From a virus (Duplodnaviria; Heunggongvirae; Uroviricota; Caudoviricetes), in IMG/VR virus record IMGVR_UViG_3300049215_000227, positions 1 to 39,997 of that record: a stretch of 39,997 nt of DNA; one strand, written 5' to 3'. This document shows positions 35,858-39,997 of this stretch, piece after piece. The notes under the pieces are model-generated. The model did no database searches. It had not been told where the DNA came from and was given only the letters and a program-made list of their open reading frames with translations. Both the position numbers and the translations under genes were made by a program. Numbering within the stretch: the first letter of the stretch is position 1; every line of letters starts with the position of its first letter.

Positions 35858-35887
35858 CGTTCAGTAATACAGTTTTATTGAGTTAGA

Positions 35888-36709
35888 TCAATAAGGATTA
35901 GAGCTGCAAGTTCCCTTGAGAGGTTCTAGTCTAACTGCTGGCTTATTGTGATGGTTGTTACCAAAGTTAAATCTGAAGATGACGTTAACAGAAGACATCA
36001 TGCTGATATCAAGTTCAAGACTCACTTGGTAGTCATAGATTTCTTGGTCGGCCATTGCCTGCAAGATGCCTGCAAAGAAGCTTCTCAAGTACAGGTTGTT
36101 TCCGTTAGAGCCTCTGAGATACTGCGCGTTAGCCGTTCCAGTTCCTTGGATAAGGACTCTGAAGTCGAGCTGACCAGCAGCCGCGGCTTGAGCGAGAGCA
36201 TTTTGAAGCGTAGCGTAGTTACCAGTAGGAGCAACACCAGCCTGAACCTGATTCACTGCTGCAGTTCCACCTAACGTTCCAATGTTGACAGGAATAACAA
36301 CTGCGCCAGCAAGCACGTTCTGCATCGTAACCACATCTGCACTTGAAGTGACAGAAAATGGCTCTCCAGAGATGGCATTCATGGCGGCCGCGATCTTAGC
36401 AGCAACCTGTGTTGCTGTATCTGAAGAAAGCAGCGTTACCTGAACCAGAGTGGCATTTGGAATCGTTGGAGCAATCTCGCCGTTGACATACATCCACATG
36501 GCATACGTGGCTGTTGGCGAGGAGTACTTAAAGTACAAGCCTGGACTACCGATACCTGCACCTAAATTTGAACCGTTACGATCATTTAGGTCAAGCGTGG
36601 AAAGGTCATTTGCTCCGGCACCTACGTAGGCTACCCCGGCCTGGAACGCAGCGTCCATCTGCTGCTGTAGGCCATTGGGCCCGTTAAAATAGGAATCTCT
36701 CAAACTCAT
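35888..36709 (-). CDS. Hypothetical, probably virion structural protein
   Basis: 273 aa, Ala/Gly/Thr/Val-rich, with a DTATQVAAKIAAAMN motif typical of phage structural proteins. Confidence 0.6.
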   Translation of the reverse strand: MSLRDSYFNGPNGLQQQMDAAFQAGVAYVGAGANDLSTLDLNDRNGSNLGAGIGSPGLYFKYSSPTATYAMWMYVNGEIAPTIPNATLVQVTLLSSDTATQVAAKIAAAMNAISGEPFSVTSSADVVTMQNVLAGAVVIPVNIGTLGGTAAVNQVQAGVAPTGNYATLQNALAQAAAAGQLDFRVLIQGTGTANAQYLRGSNGNNLYLRSFFAGILQAMADQEIYDYQVSLELDISMMSSVNVIFRFNFGNNHHNKPAVRLEPLKGTCSSNPY

Positions 36710-36741
36710 AGGATCTCCTTAGCTAAGTAGACCCTATTCTA

Positions 36742-37032
36742 TCAGGCGTTTGCGCCTGAGCTGGGGTTAACAGCGCCAGATTGGATCTCGTCGATCTTCT
36801 CAAGAAGGAAGTCAATCTTGGCCTGCTCATACTTGATCGCGCTGGTGTATGCAGAGTTAAGGTCCTTAACGATCTCTTTAGCCTGGGCCAGCTTGGCGTC
36901 GGCGGCACGCTCTTCCTTAATGTCGCGGATCTTTTGGGTTGCCTTAACAACTAGATCTGCGGCAACATCTTCAGTGACGTTCTCGTGGTTATCAACGAAA
37001 GATTTGCTCAAAACTTTACGGGTATCAGACAT
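36742..37032 (-). CDS. Small helical hypothetical protein
   Basis: 96 aa, AGGAG Shine-Dalgarno. Confidence 0.7.
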   Translation of the reverse strand: MSDTRKVLSKSFVDNHENVTEDVAADLVVKATQKIRDIKEERAADAKLAQAKEIVKDLNSAYTSAIKYEQAKIDFLLEKIDEIQSGAVNPSSGANA

Positions 37033-37040
37033 GAATTCTC

Positions 37041-37583
37041 CTAGAGTAATTTTTCTTTTAGCTTCTTGGCTCTTTCTACAATCTCTTCCAGTCCCTTGGT
37101 CTTCTTCTTGGCGATATATTTTGCCAGCTGCTTCTTCAACAGTTTGAGGTCAGAAGGAGGTGAGAGCTCTAACTGATTAAGTTCTTCCGTGTATTGCTTT
37201 AATAAGCGCGCAATGCGTTCAGCGTAGGTTTTCTTGTCGTGGCAGTCGTCGCAGATGCGCTGGAGGTTGGACTTATCGCACCATAGACGCTTTAAGAAGA
37301 GTGTTATTCTATCCCAGATGTCAAAGTGAGGAGGAAAACCTTCCGGCGGAACAACAGGATCGATATGGTCGATAGCTATCTTGGTGCTGCTAACCCAGCT
37401 GCTGCACACCTCGCACTGACGCTTTACCCACGGACGCTTAGCAAGCGTGCCATCCTTTTTATATCTGGGAAACTCCTGGCGAGACTCATTGAGTTTCTCA
37501 ATGACCAATGGACTTCTAGCAAAAAGACGCCTGTTGGCACCTCTGATAGCCATCTCTTGATTGAATGGAGGTTTCTTCTTCAC
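37041..37583 (-). CDS. HNH endonuclease
   Basis: CEVC...IDHIDP...NLQRICDDCHDKKT. Confidence 0.85.
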   Translation of the reverse strand: MKKKPPFNQEMAIRGANRRLFARSPLVIEKLNESRQEFPRYKKDGTLAKRPWVKRQCEVCSSWVSSTKIAIDHIDPVVPPEGFPPHFDIWDRITLFLKRLWCDKSNLQRICDDCHDKKTYAERIARLLKQYTEELNQLELSPPSDLKLLKKQLAKYIAKKKTKGLEEIVERAKKLKEKLL

Positions 37584-37590
37584 TAAGAAG

Positions 37591-38151
37591 TTATACCGAA
37601 TTGTTTTCGCCGAACTTCTCTACAGATTCACACTTGTGAACGTGAATGCTACCAGTAGTTAACTTATTATAGCAATGCGGACACACTGCGACATGTTCAG
37701 CCGGTTTAATGTGTTTGACCGGAGCAGCCTCATTGGCCACTCTTTGACGTTCCATTTCAGCGTTATGACGTCCTGTCTCCATTATGTCTCTAAAGACATG
37801 CCTAGATTGCTGCTGGCCTTCCTTGCCACGACTACCTCTAGTTTGTCCGCCACCTTTTTCAACTTCTTCTAAAGACCACTGACCGTTATGATCGGTCTTG
37901 AGCACCTCAACCTTTGGCTTTTTAGGCTTAGGATTCTTGAGTTGCTCTGCCATCTTCTTTGGATCCTTGTTGGAAGCAGGAGCAACACCTGGCAACTTGG
38001 CCGGACGTCCTCCGCTAGGAGCCGAGATAGATAGGGGCTTTACAGTTGGAGCTTTTAAGGCAGGCACGAGGGAGTTCATGGCTTCACCTTTGGGCTTCAT
38101 AGCCGCCAGGCTCTTCCTTAACTCGTTGATCTTGTCGATTAGGTCCTGCAT
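37591..38151 (-). CDS. Basic low-complexity protein, putative head cargo
   Basis: ELRKS, VLKTDHNGQWSLEEVEKG motifs; C-terminal CPHC..H..C; TGGTAAAAT box 6 nt upstream. Confidence 0.65.
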   Translation of the reverse strand: MQDLIDKINELRKSLAAMKPKGEAMNSLVPALKAPTVKPLSISAPSGGRPAKLPGVAPASNKDPKKMAEQLKNPKPKKPKVEVLKTDHNGQWSLEEVEKGGGQTRGSRGKEGQQQSRHVFRDIMETGRHNAEMERQRVANEAAPVKHIKPAEHVAVCPHCYNKLTTGSIHVHKCESVEKFGENNSV

Positions 38152-38157
38152 AACCTA

Positions 38158-38166
38158 ATTTTACCA
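38158..38166 (-). promoter_or_regulatory. Extended -10 variant TGGTAAAAT 6 nt before ATG 38151 (leaderless)
   Basis: TGGTAAAAT-TAGGTT-ATG in a 17-nt intergenic gap. Confidence 0.55.
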
Positions 38167-38168
38167 GG

Positions 38169-39899
38169 TTACTGGGTAACAACCTCAGAGATGCCGTTAC
38201 GCTTCTCAATAGTGATTACCTTAGAGAACATAGACTTAACTTCACCCGCGTGATCAACAACTACAATCTGTCGATCGTCAGAGAGCTTACCTAGAAGCTC
38301 AACGATCAGTTCTCGTCCCACGCTATCCAAACCGTCAAACGGCTCGTCTAGGATGATCGGGGACATCGGGATGCCAAACTGGCGCTCCATCACGTCAACG
38401 AGAGAGAAGTCAACACATAGGGATAAAGCTCTAAATTCGCCTCCAGACAGGCTGCCGATTGAGATGGGCTTGCCATCCATGATGAGATGCTCGGAGAACT
38501 TCGCCGTAACATCTCCCTTGACGTTTTCCTTGTAAGACTTTAATTCGTACGTTAAGTTTGACCATAAAAGATTTACGTATTCCGTCACTCGCTCGTTAAA
38601 CGATTCGATAACAGAATCAAGGATATAAGCTTGAGCACCAGTAGGCGAGTACATGGCAGAGATGGTCTTATAAAGCTCTATTTCCCGTAATATGTTGGCC
38701 CTATTACTTGCCAAATCGGCACGCTTGTCACCTAAGTCTTTAATCTTACTCTGTAAATCCGAGTTATTTTGAAGTTTTAAATCTAGTTGTTTTATGTCTC
38801 GTTGCTTCAACAGGATTGAGTTCTGAAGGTTGGCTATCGTTGCTCTAGCACCTTCATAATCCGCTGACTCCGCTCGCTTTTTATCTTTAATCTTTGTAGC
38901 CAGCTCATTAATTGCTGCCTCACGTCCCAAGGCAACCTCACAGGCATCGATCTCCCCTTTGATTTGAGCCATCTCAGCGCTTCGTTCTGCCAGTTCTCTT
39001 TGCTGTGCAGATCTAGCAGCAGTAACATCAAGCTTAGTGCCGCACGCTCTGCAGGAGTCGGAGATTTCATGTATAGCAGCGTTCTTAGCTGCGAGCTTCT
39101 TGTATGCTTCATGAAGCATCTCCCTCTTAGTTCTAATTCTAGCAAACTCTAGTTTCTTGGCTGAAACGTCATCCTCTAGCTTCTGATACTTGCTGAGGTC
39201 TGGCTTCTGAACCTGCTGAGCATTCAAGATGTCGACAGTGATGTCGTGGATTGCACCCTCTGCTAGAGCTATATGATGTCTGATAACGTTCTCGTCGACC
39301 AGCGACTCGCTGTAAGCGTCAATCTTTGAGTCTATGGTATCCATCCGGGATTTCAAAGAAGCAACCTCGTCCTCTAAGGTCTTTACCTTCCTGTCAGCTA
39401 TAAGCTTGCAAGAGGAGAACTCCTCAAGATTCAAGAGTTGCAACAGAAACTGCTTCTTATCAGAGTCATTGATCGACAAGAACCTGGTAGATGTACCTTG
39501 GGCAGCGTACATCGAGATGATGAACTGGTTGTAGTTAAGACCTAAAATCCGTTCGAAGCCCTCTTGAGTAACTGTGAGAACTTCTGTCCCCTTAAAGAAA
39601 GTGACGCCCTTAGGACGGGATCGTCGAACCATGTATTTATCGCCGTTAACCTCGACATGCACCTCAACGCTTCCGCTTTTAGATCCCCTTCGAAGAATTT
39701 CCGTTGCAGTAACTTTTCGAGGCAATTTATCAAACAAAGCGAATGTAAGCGCGTTAAATATCGCTGTCTTTCCTGCTCCGTTTGCTCGTCCAACGTCATG
39801 GTTCCACCCTTCAACAAGCATGAGTCCAGAGTTTCCAAACTCAACGTATGCGTCTTCGATGCTTAAAATGTTGTTGATTTTTACTGAAAGTATTCTCAT
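38169..39899 (-). CDS. Rad50/SbcC/T4 gp46-like ATPase
   Basis: Walker A NGAGKT, Q-loop, coiled coil with CRAC zinc hook, signature LSGGE, Walker B IILDEPFDGLD, H-loop. Confidence 0.92.
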   Translation of the reverse strand: MRILSVKINNILSIEDAYVEFGNSGLMLVEGWNHDVGRANGAGKTAIFNALTFALFDKLPRKVTATEILRRGSKSGSVEVHVEVNGDKYMVRRSRPKGVTFFKGTEVLTVTQEGFERILGLNYNQFIISMYAAQGTSTRFLSINDSDKKQFLLQLLNLEEFSSCKLIADRKVKTLEDEVASLKSRMDTIDSKIDAYSESLVDENVIRHHIALAEGAIHDITVDILNAQQVQKPDLSKYQKLEDDVSAKKLEFARIRTKREMLHEAYKKLAAKNAAIHEISDSCRACGTKLDVTAARSAQQRELAERSAEMAQIKGEIDACEVALGREAAINELATKIKDKKRAESADYEGARATIANLQNSILLKQRDIKQLDLKLQNNSDLQSKIKDLGDKRADLASNRANILREIELYKTISAMYSPTGAQAYILDSVIESFNERVTEYVNLLWSNLTYELKSYKENVKGDVTAKFSEHLIMDGKPISIGSLSGGEFRALSLCVDFSLVDVMERQFGIPMSPIILDEPFDGLDSVGRELIVELLGKLSDDRQIVVVDHAGEVKSMFSKVITIEKRNGISEVVTQ

Positions 39900-39997
39900 A
39901 CGAGTTCTTGCGCAGTTTTTCTCTTATGGTCTTCTACCCAAAGTGGCTGCATATTCGTGTAATGGCAAGCTATTTTGAGTTGTTCAGGATCAGTGAG
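39896..39997 (-). CDS. 3' end of an HNH/endonuclease VII-like protein (partial)
   Basis: LTDPEQLKIACHYTNMQPLWVEDHKRKTAQELV*; HYTN.QPLW..D is typical of viral HNH endonucleases. ATGA overlap with the Rad50 gene. Confidence 0.65.
   Translation of the reverse strand, partial: LTDPEQLKIACHYTNMQPLWVEDHKRKTAQELV

Noticed and set aside
4829-39978. All plus-strand ORFs (e.g. 9904..10716, 15000..15710, 16008..16853)
   Set aside because: They are antisense to well-supported genes and show no recognisable motifs.
1-39997. Stop-codon reassignment, tRNA or structured ncRNA genes
   Set aside because: Genes are full length under code 11 and use TAA, TAG and TGA as stops. Intergenic gaps are under ~100 nt and show no cloverleaf.

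Overview
This window is a densely coding segment of a large tailed dsDNA phage genome. All credible genes are on the minus strand and translate cleanly with code 11. Read in the direction of transcription (39997 to 1) it holds: (i) a recombination/replication block (HNH fragment, Rad50/SbcC, HNH, DnaE-type PolIII alpha, gp32-like SSB, RecA, metallophosphoesterase, Mre11/SbcD); (ii) a packaging/head block resembling SPO1/Twort (Herelleviridae)-type head genes (small and large terminase, portal, prohead protease, scaffold, major capsid, head-tail adaptor); (iii) an inserted nucleotide-metabolism cluster (tmk, DnaQ-like exonuclease, CYTH); (iv) several low-complexity proteins that look like internal head cargo; and (v) a >1499-aa fibre gene missed by the ORF track, which runs off the left edge and carries 13 tandem His-x-His repeats. 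The most unusual signals are: sigma-factor pieces spread over three genes (a region-2-only domain fused to a probable head protein, a Cys-rich region-4-only protein next to a Gre-like protein, and a minimal ECF-like protein); about 12 TATAAT-type -10 boxes without an obvious -35, five of them exactly 6 nt before an ATG (predicted leaderless mRNAs); and a prohead-protease polyprotein carrying a cryptic signal-peptide-like segment, a lytic transglycosylase domain and a copy of the capsid N-terminal motif. No tRNA, rRNA or CRISPR array was seen. All family calls come from motif recognition by eye; no searches were run.
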